A DNA stretch of 64,000 nucleotides from Octopus vulgaris (lineage: Eukaryota). The position numbers and the translations under genes were made by a program. Under the pieces are notes generated by a model. It saw only the letters and a list, made by a program, of their open reading frames with translations. It made no database searches and was not told the origin of the DNA. Positions 1 through 11,089 of the stretch are shown piece after piece. Location: assembly GCA_951406725.2 (NCBI GenBank), contig OX597821.1, forward strand, positions 92,752,001-92,816,000. The letters run 5' to 3'. Position 1 is the stretch's first letter. Each line of letters starts with the position of its first letter.

Positions 1-246
1 CAGGCGAAATATCTATTTCTTTACAACCCACTAAAGGCTAGACACAGAGGAGACAAACAAGGACAGAGACACGAATTAAGTCGATTACATCGACCCCAGT
101 GCGTAACTGATACTTAATTTTTCGACCCCGATAGAATGAAAGGCAAAGTCGACCTCGGCGGAATTTGAACTCAGAATGTAACGGCAGACGAAATACGGCT
201 AGGCATTTCGCCCGGCGTGCGAACGTTTCTGCCAGCTCACCGCCTT
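1..246 (-). mobile_element. tRNA-derived SINE, family A (long tail); concatemer continues off the window edge
   Basis: Reverse strand reads GGCGGTGAGCTGGCAGAAACG..GAGTTCAAATTCCGCCGAGGTCGACTTTGCCTTTCA..; B-box-like GAGTTCAAATTCC; about 12 similar copies in the window. The central GCCTTTCATCCTTTCGGGGTCGATAAATAAGTACC resembles the Deu/Nin SINE domain (from memory). Confidence 0.9.
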
Positions 247-524
247 CCATGTAAATATTACTAACATTTATTTTTAAATTTTATTTTTAATGATTACACG
301 GTTAATGATAGAACTATCTTAAAAACTGAGAGTCCCAACCTAACGCTCGGACAGTTATTAATAACAAAAATATACGATTGAATAGAATATTTAACCAATA
401 CGAGATAGTATACTTTCACATTGTTACTAAGTTCTGTTATTATAAAAATCAATATGAACAAGCGTCGTTATAGGTGTTTGCGTCTGCGTGTGTGTGTGTG
501 TGTATCCAAATTTTTCTTTCATTC

Positions 525-573
<49 letters not shown>

Positions 574-920
574 TCCCTTTGTCACGTGAAAAATCACAGC
601 AAGCAAGATATACATTATTCAATGCTTGTCAACAGTTTTTCTTTATTGTTCACTCAAGAAGGCAAAGTGCCCATAATCCTTGTAAGTATTCCTGGATTGT
701 GGGGTTTTAAAAATGGTTGATATTTAGTTTGAATATCTTGTAGATTAGTGACTGTCGGAGAGACATTGCAGATAGGGAATTCCAGTTGAATGTAACCTTA
801 GAAAGAATGATTCGGCACGATGTTTAGTGCCGGGTCAGAACTGTTAAGTATTGTAGTAACAATGGGAGTTGGGTTTGCAATTTCATAGTTCAGGGGATCA
901 GATCCCAATATTGATGCAAG

Positions 921-1132
921 GAACGGAGCTTGCAGCGAGTTTGCGCGCTGGGCAAAATGCTTAGCAGCATTTTCTCCCTCCTTACGTTCTAAGTTCGAAT
1001 TCCGCCGTGGTCGACTTCGCCTTTCATCCTTTTGGTTTCGATAAAATAAGTAGCAGTTAAACACTGGGGTCAATTTAATCGACTTAACCCTCCTTCCAAA
1101 GCTGCAGAGCTTGTGCTATAATTTGAAACCAA
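921..1132 (+). mobile_element. SINE family A (short-tail variant)
   Basis: CTGGGCAAAATGCTTAGC..AAGTTCGAATTCCGCCGTGGTCGACTTCGCCTTTCATCC.. Confidence 0.85.
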
Positions 1133-1135
1133 TAT

Positions 1136-1338
1136 TCTTCTCTACTCGAGGCAGAAGGCCCAAAATTTTGGGGAAGGGTGTCCAGTCGATTAGATCGACC
1201 ACTACGCGTAACTGGTACTTAATTTATCGACCCTGAAAGGATGAAAGGCAAAGTCGACCTCTGCAGAATTTGAACTCAGAACATAAAGACAGACGAAATA
1301 CCACTAAGCATTTCGTCCGGCGTGCTAACGTTTCTGCC
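1136..1338 (-). mobile_element. SINE family A (short tail), tail-to-tail with the previous copy
   Basis: Reverse complement of the family A consensus. Confidence 0.85.
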
Positions 1339-2444
1339 AAGGCAAAAAAGAAACAAAGTAGGTGATAGGCACAAATCTTGGGGTACTCCAAACTTGATAG
1401 AATCTGAATAAGAGGAAAATGGCTACTGTATAAGATCTGGCAGAAAACCTGCACTCTGAGATAAAGTACCTTATGATAGCAATTTAACTAAAAGGTTCTT
1501 GTGCGAAACATGAACAAATGTTTTGCTGATGCCATGAACAATATTGCTTTGATTAAACTTCTTAAAGATGAGGCGTCGTTGCTGTATGACATCGAAGAAC
1601 AGGTTTCTTATGTATTTAGTTCCTCGGAAATAGAACAAGTGGTCATGGAGAATGAAAATAGATTCAATGTAGCGAAAGGTTTCTTAAAAGATGTTTCCAT
1701 CAACAGAAACTTGATGATAGAAATAGTTTGAAGTGTGAAAAATAAACAAGCATCTGATGGAGTCGGAGTAGCTGCGCTTCTTAGAAGCTAAAACAAGTAA
1801 AATGAAAGAAAGGGCAATCAGTTACGTTGCTTGCGTGTATAGAGTTTGAAGATAAAAGTAAAACGAACTGCGAATTTGGTGATTCTATGCATAGAACTGC
1901 TCATTGTTGATGGGTTACAGAAAAAAATTATTTAAAGATTGACTGGTAAGAATATTCAGCAGTATTGATGAAGATTTTCTTGACAAAGTATTTTGTGCAA
2001 TTTGGAAAGCAAGCAGTGTGATGTACGGAGGATTCTTTTGACTTATTGGTAGTAGTTTGGTTCGTCAAATCGTACCAAAGGCTCTTCAGAGTAAAATCCC
2101 CCAAGTTGGGCTTGTAGTTCATGCGAACACTTCTGTGTTGTAGACACTATTATGTATATTGCTGCAGTACAACTCCAAGGTAGCATTACAGGGTTTGGGG
2201 TTGTAGGGTTTTAATATACGGATTATGCAGAGGGAAGCACTAAGAGAATAGTTTCGATCCCAAGTATAGCCTTTCCTGGATGAATTAGAATCGAATCACA
2301 TTTATTGCTAACAGTATCAAAATAGTTGTTAGAACTCCTTAAAATGACATCCAAATTTTCCTTCAAATCACACTCAGCCTTCTTAAAAGTCGTTATTAAA
2401 AATGCAATTAGTCGATGTTAAACATAATAATAATAATAATAATA

Positions 2445-2491
<47 letters not shown>

Positions 2492-3198
2492 AATAACAAT
2501 AAAAAATATTTGTTCAATAAGAGCCGATTATAGGCTAAACAGGAACAATAATAGCTGTAGTTGGTAAAGAATTGGTGAGATCCGATCAAATAGATAGCTA
2601 AGAAGTAATGCATCATTCGAAGAGAAATGTATGCTATGCAAAAGAATAATATAGGTCTAGGTCTGTTTCTTTGAAAAGACATTGATCAGTCGACTGCTAA
2701 AGTTAGAAAGGGTAATGGCCGGATAAAGACTAGGTTTCGAAGAAAGAAAATTCGTGTTTCAGAAGTATGTCACTTGAGACTACGGTTAAGTACGAAAATT
2801 ATCTGGTGCGAACAATTCAAAAAGCAGTATTATTCAGAATAACATCTATAGTATAGATGTGTTTGTCATTAACGTTTTCCTGTGTGATTTTGCTTTGTGT
2901 TGTGCGATGTTGCGTATTGGAATTGCTCCATTGTAGTCAAGATATGTGGACGTATAGCCTTACTCGTATTGTGTATTAAGGGAAAAACTAGAAAACAATT
3001 TCGTACTGAAATTCATCATCCAGAACCATACAATTAAAAGTATTAGAAGACAACACGCTCATATACCACAGAATTTCCAACAGAAACTGATGATAAATGA
3101 TGGATGCAATACTTATAATACAGCACAATGTCAAAATAAAAACAGACAACATACGCTAGTTACAAACAAAAAGAAACACCTAAATGATAGAATATAGA

Positions 3199-3580
3199 CT
3201 AGCAGTATCGCCCGGCCTTGCTTGGGTTTGTAAGGGAAATAACTATATAAGCATTTTTAGAGATGTAAAGTATAATAGCCATCTCAATATGGCTAACCAC
3301 AAAGGGGGGTGTTACTGTAGCTTTTTACATTCTGAGATTTAATAATATATTTTTAGAGAGTTACTTCCCTTATATAATAGCAAAAAATGCATTAAAAATG
3401 GGAGAAAATGATGGTAATTTTTTTTTAAATCATAGACGCGCGCTAATACCCAGAAGGGCTCGATATGAATCACGACTATAAGATACCCACTTTTGGTTAC
3501 ACTGCACCACAAAATGTGGGAGTAGTTAGGAATTTAAATCGTAGGAGACAGACACACAACTTCACTTTTATATATAAAGA
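3199..3580 (-). mobile_element. Non-autonomous Helitron
   Basis: Minus strand starts TCTTTATATATAAAAG and ends with a GC hairpin (CCCAAGCAAGGCCGGG) then CTAG. Inserted between A and T with no TSD; three copies in the window. Confidence 0.85.
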
Positions 3581-4506
3581 TATAACAGCTAAATTCAGAT
3601 TTTGGCGGTAATATCTATATCAGTTCACATTCGATTTACCCGCCTTCCAAAATAAAAAGAAAGTAGCGGAACACACCATTAAAACTTTTACTTCAAGATG
3701 ATCCTTTTAAGGCCTTGCTATGCCCTTAAAGGATTTAGGATGTTAATGTACAAACAAACTATAAGGAAATCATACAAAATTATGCGAGAAAAGTTTATAA
3801 AAATGGATGAGAACAGCAACGTATAAAAATTCAATACATATATACGTGTGTGTGTGTGTGTATGTGTGTGTATGTGTGTGTGTGTATGTGTGTGTATGTG
3901 TGTACGTGTGTGTGTGTGTGTGAGTGTGTGCGCGTAGCTGCTTGGACTTTGGGCATATGTCTATTAGCCTATTGATTAAAGAACTTTCGCCGATTGGGCT
4001 ACAGGATATCATCCACAGTAACGATATAATTTTCACTGGATCTATGTCACTAGATCAGGAAATCCGTTGCGTTTTTTGAGTTTGTAGTTGATAAAGGAAA
4101 CGAAAGATGGATTAATTTCGAATCTTTACTCATCACTACGATCGTTTCGATCCATTCTGCATCTGTCGCATAGGGGTAGGATACTGTGCATCTGGCTGTG
4201 TTACATTAATAAGTGCAGGCTATGTCACTTCAGATACTTGGTGTAAAAAATGATACTCTACTAGATATACTGAGTTCTCCTTGGCATGTTGCTCAGGATA
4301 GTTGTACAATGATACACTGACAGCGGATACGATAAGTTTGGAGTTGTACCGGCGAATGGGACTGGGTGTAGTTAACCATGAGCATATATCATGATTTAGT
4401 TCATAAATGATAAAGAATATAAGCTGTCGAAGAAAGTTAAGATTAAGAAGGATGGTTATACACTCTTTAACATGAATACATATATAGACGTACATATATA
4501 CACATG

Positions 4507-4662
4507 GTCCTTTTTTTCTCCTTGTTTTTTTCTGTGTCCCTTTCTGTAGAAGAATGTAGGCTCGAAACGTAAAATACTTTTTCTATTCCTGAGCGTTATA
4601 CTAATACATGTGTTTGTTTTGTACATCACCTGTCTTCATCTTTTGTTTTTCTCGTAAACTTC

Positions 4663-4665
<3 letters not shown>
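4507..4665 (+). mobile_element. (TA)n-abutting non-coding element family X1 with degenerate hammerhead motif (PLE pLTR-like)
   Basis: Homologous to 14553-14712 and 46931-47133; CTTTCTGTAGAAGAATGTAGGCTCGAAACGTAAAA at about 4540-4574. Confidence 0.65.
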
Positions 4666-4714
<49 letters not shown>

Positions 4715-5123
4715 CACATGCATGCATACATACATACATACATATATGTATGTATGTGTATGTATATATGTATGTATGTGTGTATACATGTTTGCAAGTA
4801 TGTATGTATGTATGTATAGATAGACAGACAGGCAGACAGACAGATAGATAGATAGATACACTCAGACGTATATGTGTGTATATGTCGGACGAGATGCTTG
4901 TAATGACATATATCACAGTATAATTTTTTTTACACAACACTTCTAAGTTTGCTTGGGAAACATTTCAAAATTTCAGATTCCAGAATTCCTCGCCTACTCC
5001 AAATGAAATAAATCAATTACTAATTAGAAGGAAGAAAAAAACAGTGTAGATAATGAATTAAATAATACCAAACCTTGAAGGGAATGTGGTTTGATGTTTC
5101 AAGCTATTTTCTTCCTTTCCTCC

Positions 5124-5187
<64 letters not shown>

Positions 5188-5702
5188 CTATATTCGTTTT
5201 ATTTTTCTGCCATATTTTCGAAATATATCAATCATCTCTATCATCTTTGATCATTTCATAATTCATAGGAATCTATTTGATAAAAAGTAACTCGTTATAC
5301 ACGTAAACAAAATGTGTATATGAATATAAAAGAAATATGAAGAGCAAAAGCGAATTAAAATAAACTAATAGAAGGGAAAATTGAATATTTCTTTAGCTGT
5401 TCCTGCCAGTGTTTTATCTTTTCTTATCTTATCATTCACATTGTTCGAGGTTCATAGTCTGGCCTCATCTATTAGCAATTACTGATACCTCCAGGTGTTC
5501 CAGTTTCTCAAATGATTCACATCTAATATACATACATATTTTTAGCAGGGACGTGACTGCGTGGTAAGAAGTTTATTTTCCAACCACATGGTTCCGAGTT
5601 CAGTCCCACTACGTGACACTTTGAGTGAGTGTTTTAACTCTAGCTTCGGGTCAACCAAAACTCTGTCAGTGGATTTGGTAGACGGAAACTGAAAGAAACC
5701 TG

Positions 5703-5742
<40 letters not shown>

Positions 5743-5745
<3 letters not shown>

Positions 5746-6076
5746 AAATATTGAATTTCTAAATCTCTCGTAGAGACATGATAATCAGTGAATAGACTTC
5801 ACTGAATATAGATATATACAAATACGAAGTCGAGGCAAATATCACCGGCTGACCGGTGTCTGCTACTCTAGGCCGATGAAGGACGACGATCCTGAAACAC
5901 GTGTCCCTAGATGCAGTTCCGGCAGCCGGGGGTGTTTGTCTCCCCTTGGTAAATGTATATAAGGACACAGGGAAAAATGTGTCAAAGCCATCAGGAGGCG
6001 TTCGATGCTTCCTAGGGCTATACAGCGGTGGTGTTCCCCCTACTGTCACGTTCTTGTTAGATTGACAGTATACAAC

Positions 6077-6081
<5 letters not shown>
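5743..6081 (+). mobile_element. Hairpin-rich ~340-bp non-coding element X6 between two (TA)n tracts (retrozyme/pLTR-like)
   Basis: (TA)n on both sides, no credible ORF, one hammerhead fold plus at least 6 stem-loops. Confidence 0.7.
5867..5911 (+). ncRNA. Minimal type I hammerhead ribozyme motif (core variant CCGAUGA)
   Basis: Stem I TCTAGG/CCTAGA; core CCGATGA; stem II AGGA-cgacga-TCCT; GAAA; palindromic stem III ACACGTGT; GUC cleavage triplet ending at 5905. Confidence 0.8.
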
Positions 6082-6134
<53 letters not shown>

Positions 6135-6343
6135 ATATATATATGCATACACACACACTATATATGTGTGTATCTGTGTGTGCATGTGTATGTTTGCCAA
6201 CCGGTTCGGCGAAAAAGATTGATAGAATAAGTACAAGACTTTAAAAAATATAAATACTGGGTTCGATTAGAGGTTGTGTTAACCTCTTGAAGGAATGGTT
6301 TCATCCAAGGAAAAATACTGGTTCAAAGTGTATATATATATAT

Positions 6344-6497
6344 GTGGCTGTGTGGTAAGTAGCTTGCTAACCAACCACATGGTTCCGGGTTCAGTCCCAC
6401 TGCGTGGCATCTTGGGCAAGTGTCTTCTGCTATAGCCTCGGGCCGACCAAAGCCTTGTGAGTGGATTTGGTAGACGGAAACTGAAAGAAGCCCGTCG

Positions 6498-6528
<31 letters not shown>

Positions 6529-6736
6529 TTGTGTCTGTGTTTGTCCCCCTAGCATTGCTTGACAACCGATGCTGGTATGTTTACGTCCCCGTCACTTAGC
6601 GGTTCGGCAGAAGAGACCGATAGAATAAGTACTGGGCTTACAAAGAATAAGTCCTGGGGTCGATTTGCTCGACTAAAGGCGGTGCTCAGCATGGCCACAG
6701 TCAAATGACTGAAACAAGTAAAAGAGTAAAAGAGAG
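6344..6736 (+). mobile_element. SINE family B, near full length
   Basis: tRNA-like head (GTGGCTGTGTGGTAAG, GGGTTCAGTCCC), CORE-like CTTGGGCAAGTG, internal (TA)n(TG)n, tail GGCGGTGCTCAGCATGGCC..TGAAACAAGT(AAAAGAGT)n. Confidence 0.92.
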
Positions 6737-6764
6737 TATGTATATATATATATATATATATATA

Positions 6765-6962
6765 TTGAACCAGTATTTCCTTGGATGAAACGTGGAGTAG
6801 ATGAAACAGGGACAACTGATGAAGGGGAATATTCTTTATGTTGCATGTCTCGTTTGTCTGTTTTTTTCGATGTTCGAAAAAAAGTTCGTTTCTACGTTTT
6901 TGTTTTTATGTTTTCGTTTCTCATTGTGTTCAACGTTTTTTGATGTCCTGTACCCATATAAG

Positions 6963-6966
<4 letters not shown>
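6765..6966. mobile_element. (TA)n-flanked non-coding element X5
   Basis: Lies between two (TA)n runs; its first 27 bp are an inverted repeat of 6298-6326. Confidence 0.5.
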
Positions 6967-7022
<56 letters not shown>

Positions 7023-7144
7023 GGTATGTACATATATGTATGTATATATGCATATATTTATATATTATTTATATATATACATATACACAAACACGCATGC
7101 ACATTTACATACAGATACACACACAGACTCGCATATGTATAAAC

Positions 7145-9030
7145 ATGACAAAAAATATTGCAGTTACAATTAGAAATGACTGTGCCAAATATTGAAGATG
7201 CAATGAACTGTATGCAACAAAGAGTATGCCTTTCCTTGAAAGATATTAGTGATATACCCGAATGGGTTTATTACCAGCATTTACCCGCATCGACTTAAAG
7301 ACCTAAAATAATTTCAAAGCCAACTTCATGGGTGTTGTGGCGAGAGCACGATACCTGACGAGAATAGACGGGACCACTACATATAAATAGTAGCGGTCTG
7401 ACGTAGTCGGCAATTCGACACAAGAAAAAGAAAATTCATACACGTAAAAATAAATGGTGTAAATATTAAACTACAGTTCGATATGAATAGTGATATTTCA
7501 ATCATAAATGCGGATACATGAACAAAAGTCGGGAAACCGAGGTTACGTAAAACAGTGAAAATTGTTCGTGGCGTGACTGGCGATAAATTACATTTCATGG
7601 ACGAAATGCATCCAGACGTCACATTTCGAGGAGAAATCTGTTTGGTACAGCCTGGTTGGAGTTATTTGACTTATGGTACCTCCCCATAAGTCTCTACTAC
7701 AAGAGCATAAATGGTTATCACGTTACAAATAAATCGTCTGAGGAATTGAAGAGAAAATTTGAAAAAAAAACGATGCTTCCTCAAGTACTATCGGACTTAG
7801 TTCTATGTAAAAAGACTGAAGCCTGCTTTCAAGTAAAAACGCTGTGCCTGTATTTAAATGTAACGGAAAAGTACCGTTCGCGGTAATTGAAATCGTAAAT
7901 GAAGAGTTGGACAGACAGGAAAAGAGTGGAATCACCAAAAAGGTGGATTACTCTAAATGGGCGGCGCCCACAGTGTGCATTAAAGAGAAAAATAATAAGA
8001 TTAGTCTGTGTGCCGATTTTTCTACAGGACTGAACGACTGCTTAGAGACTAGACGCCATCAACTCCTGATTCCAGAGAACATTTTCGTAAAATTAAATAG
8101 TGGAAGAATGTTCTCCAAAATGAATCTGTCTGACGCTTATTTACAGATTGACGTAAATGACAAATGCTCAAAGTGTTTGACAATAAATACACATAGATTG
8201 TACATATACCGGATGTTTTCCTTTTGAACGGCAGTTTGTAACATAATTTCTAGGTAACTAAAAAGTTTTAAACTTCGTATACTGGTAGAATGTGTTTATA
8301 AAACATCATTTTCTCTTGGTTTTGTTGAGAAAATTCTATAGTTTGTAAGATATTTCGTCTGAAGATCCGAGTATTTCGGCAATTTTAACCAATCGATTAC
8401 CTCCATTCAACTAAAATCATTTGCTGCGTCTAAAACAGACAAAATCCTGTAACTAACCCTAAACCCCCCCTCTAACAACATCCTGTAACTAACCCTAAAC
8501 CTCCCCCTAACCCTAGGGTTAGGAGGAGGTTTAGGGTTAGTTACAGGATGTCTCAGTTTTAGACGCAGCAAATGATTTTAGCTCAAAAGAGGGCATAGTA
8601 TTGGTTAAAATTTGAAAAATTAAACTACGTTAAACAAATAAATTACAATTTTCTCAAGAAAGCCAAGAGAAAAAAAATGTTTTATTTTGACACATTCTAC
8701 CAGTATACGAAATTTTAAAGTGTTTAGTTAACTAGAAATTGTCTGCCGTTCAAAAGGAAAAGATCCCATATACCCGGTTACCTTTTGGATTAAAGCTCGC
8801 ACAGGCAATATTTCAGCAAATCATGAACGTTATGTTATCTGATTGTGAATTTGCAATCCCTTATTTGGACGATATATTGATTAAGAATAATTCGTGTGAA
8901 CAGTATGTGGAGTATATAAAAGCTGTGTTCAAGAAAATTAAAGAGTACGGATTCACTTTGAGTGAAGAAAGTTTCGAATTCTTTTTTCCTCAAATTAGGT
9001 ACTTAGAGAGAGCAAATGATTGATAAAAAT
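7145..9030 (+). pseudogene. Decayed Ty3/gypsy LTR retrotransposon pol (protease + RT), split by a MITE
   Basis: Protease-like IHVKINGVNIKLQFDMNSDISII (about 7440-7505); RT motifs SKWAAPTVCI, ISLCADFSTGLN, FSKMNLSDAYLQ, TINTHRLY / YTRLPFGLK..AIFQQIM, PYLDDILI; stops and frameshifts. Confidence 0.9.
8210..8767. mobile_element. Fold-back MITE with 6-bp TSD (ATATAC) and telomere-like palindromic centre
   Basis: Left end CGGATGTTTTCCTTTTGAACGGCAG; right end CTGCCGTTCAAAAGGAAAAGATCCC. Inverted similarity runs through most of the element. ATATAC at 8204-8209 and 8768-8773; the RT sequence resumes after it. Confidence 0.9.
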
Positions 9031-9225
9031 GGCAGAATCGTTAGCACGCTGGGCAAAATGCTTAGCGGCATTTCTTACATTCTGAGTTCAAATTCCACTT
9101 AGTACGACTTTGCCTTTCATCCTTCGGGGTCGATGAAATTGGTACCAGTTACGCACAGGTGTCGATGTAATCGACTTGTCTCCTTCCCCAAAATTTCAGG
9201 CCTTCTGCCTGTAGCAGAAATTATT
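9027..9225 (+). mobile_element. SINE family A (short tail)
   Basis: GGCAGAATCGTTAGCACGCTGGGCAAAATG..GCCTTTCATCCTTCGGGGTCGATG. Confidence 0.85.
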
Positions 9226-9964
9226 ATTATTATTATTACTATACTTTCCCTTTATTACCATTATTCTCTTAGCACCGAAATTACTACACCTATTTCATTT
9301 TATCTTTATTCTTCTTATACCTTCATCAGCATCTTCCTCCTGTAACATTATCATTTTCAATTTTCTTTCAAATTTTGCGTACCTTTTTTTAATTGTCATA
9401 TTGAAATATTAATTTTAATATCATCTGCTCCATTTTAAATGCAAATTATGGACTTACTCCAGTTTTACTTTTTTCGTTATATACAGGCTTTATTTTTTTT
9501 CCCTTTGTAACGTCTTTAATTTGATTTTCTTCTCATTTTGAATTTTTCTGGGTAATTTTTCTCATTTTAATTTTTTACTATTTAATATTTCTTCAAATAC
9601 TTCGTTTTTTTCTTTCATGGTTTTCTTTCTATCTTCTTGATGCCGTCATTCCTAAATTCTTTAGTTGCGTATCTCATCAAAAACCTGTTAATGGTACACA
9701 CACACACACACACATACACATATCACAGTACCTCTCAAAACTAGAAACCATTAATTAAATATTATCATTGCCTAATCAGATTATCCATGAAACCAATGAT
9801 GCGATAACGATATGTGCAGTCACCATAAACTATGAACCCCAAAATGATGTTCAAACTTACGAGAATGAAGGACATTTTAGAACCGGGGTGGAGGATAAAC
9901 ACATCCACAAATACACACACGTGACAGACGTTCGCCCTATATATATGTATATCATATACGTATA

Positions 9965-10128
9965 CGATGAGCTTCTTGCAGTTTCCCTCTACTAAATACC
10001 CCTTCAAGGTTTTGATCGGCGCGAGGCTATAGTAAAAAAAATTTGTCCAAGGTGCCATGCAGTGGAACTGAACCTAGAACCATGAGGTTGGGAAGCAAAA
10101 TTCTTACCACGCAGCCACACCTGCGCTT
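9965..10128 (-). mobile_element. SINE family B, 5' half
   Basis: Reverse complement of the family B head. Confidence 0.75.
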
Positions 10129-10504
10129 ATGTGTTTAATTATATAAAATAAATTAACCGAATAAATTGCTGATAAAATAATGATCATAAAGTTCTAAAAA
10201 AATATAATAAAATAAATAATATAAAATAATATATGACAAAAACTCCCGAATAATAGAAAATTAATAACAAATGAAACAGCCTAAATGCAAACAAACTGAA
10301 TAACTTATTAATCAAACGTCACAAAATATTTGCTTCTTGGGAACAACTCAAACGAATGCTACGGCTATTGACTAATGAATGACATTGAGAAATTAAACTA
10401 ATATTTCCACCTAATACCTATAAACGTTTAAAAATTATGAATACAAGCATGTATCGAAATTATTTTTCTTGTAAGAAAACGAAACTCCACGTGCTGCAAA
10501 GAAA

Positions 10505-10732
10505 TTTATTTCTTTATTACCCACAAGGGGCTAAACATAGAGGAGACAAACAAGGACAGACAAAGGGATTAAATCGATTACATCGACCCCAGTGCGTTAT
10601 TGGTACTTAATTTATCGACCCCGAAAGGATGAAAGGCAAAGTCGACCTCGGCGGAATTTGAACTCACAACGTAACGGCAGACGAAATACCGCTAAGCATT
10701 TCGCCCGACGTGCTAACGTTTCTGCCAGCTCG
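10505..10732 (-). mobile_element. SINE family A (long tail)
   Basis: Near-consensus reverse-complement copy. Confidence 0.92.
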
Positions 10733-11089
10733 CAAAGAAATTAGCGGAACCCACTCTTACGTATTAACCCCGTCGCTACCAGAAACTGAAAGGCTGTTTT
10801 TATTCAACTGGCTCAAGTCTATACAAAGTACTCAACAGAAGTGAAGTTGTAAACAATAATAAATGACAACCAACATACAAGCTCCACATTACAAAATAGT
10901 AATTTAACCTTCAACTTTAATTAAAACTGATGACACCATATAATTTTGTTCAGTTGCAAACTCGAGATCATTCAATACTTTCCCAAAATTTCCCCATATT
11001 TCCCCAAGCAACAGTTGAAAACTTTAGCTAAACTTTTCTGACCGTAACCGTGTTTTTCTGTTTCATTAACTTTTCAATTCTTTCCAGAA

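Larger units (their letters stand above)
590..2760 (-). pseudogene. Highly decayed Penelope-like RT remnant, interrupted by SINEs and a (GAT)n tract
   Basis: Minus-strand fragments in the expected order: FPLHNPYIKTLQP (PKLHK-like), YFVKKIFIN (DV.SLFTN-like), FRYIESIFIL (RYIDD-like), GIPYLQ, FLKPHNPG (RKPT-like). Many stops and frameshifts. Confidence 0.4.
5547..6268 (+). mobile_element. SINE family B, interrupted in its internal (TA)n by element X6
   Basis: Head CAGGGACGTGACTGCGTGGTAAG..GAGTTCAGTCCCAC..GGATTTGGTAGACGGAAACTGAAAG; tail remnant CGGTTCGGCGAAAAAGATTGATAGAATAAGTAC at about 6200-6268. Confidence 0.8.

Noticed and set aside
4128-4170. Minus-strand GAAA-CGATCG-TA-GTGA resembling an HHR 3' half
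   Set aside because: The core reads CAGATGC and stem I does not pair; at best a decayed or truncated relic.
6795-6840. CTGATGA in X5 as a canonical hammerhead
   Set aside because: No GAAA after stem II and no consistent stems I/III in any permutation.
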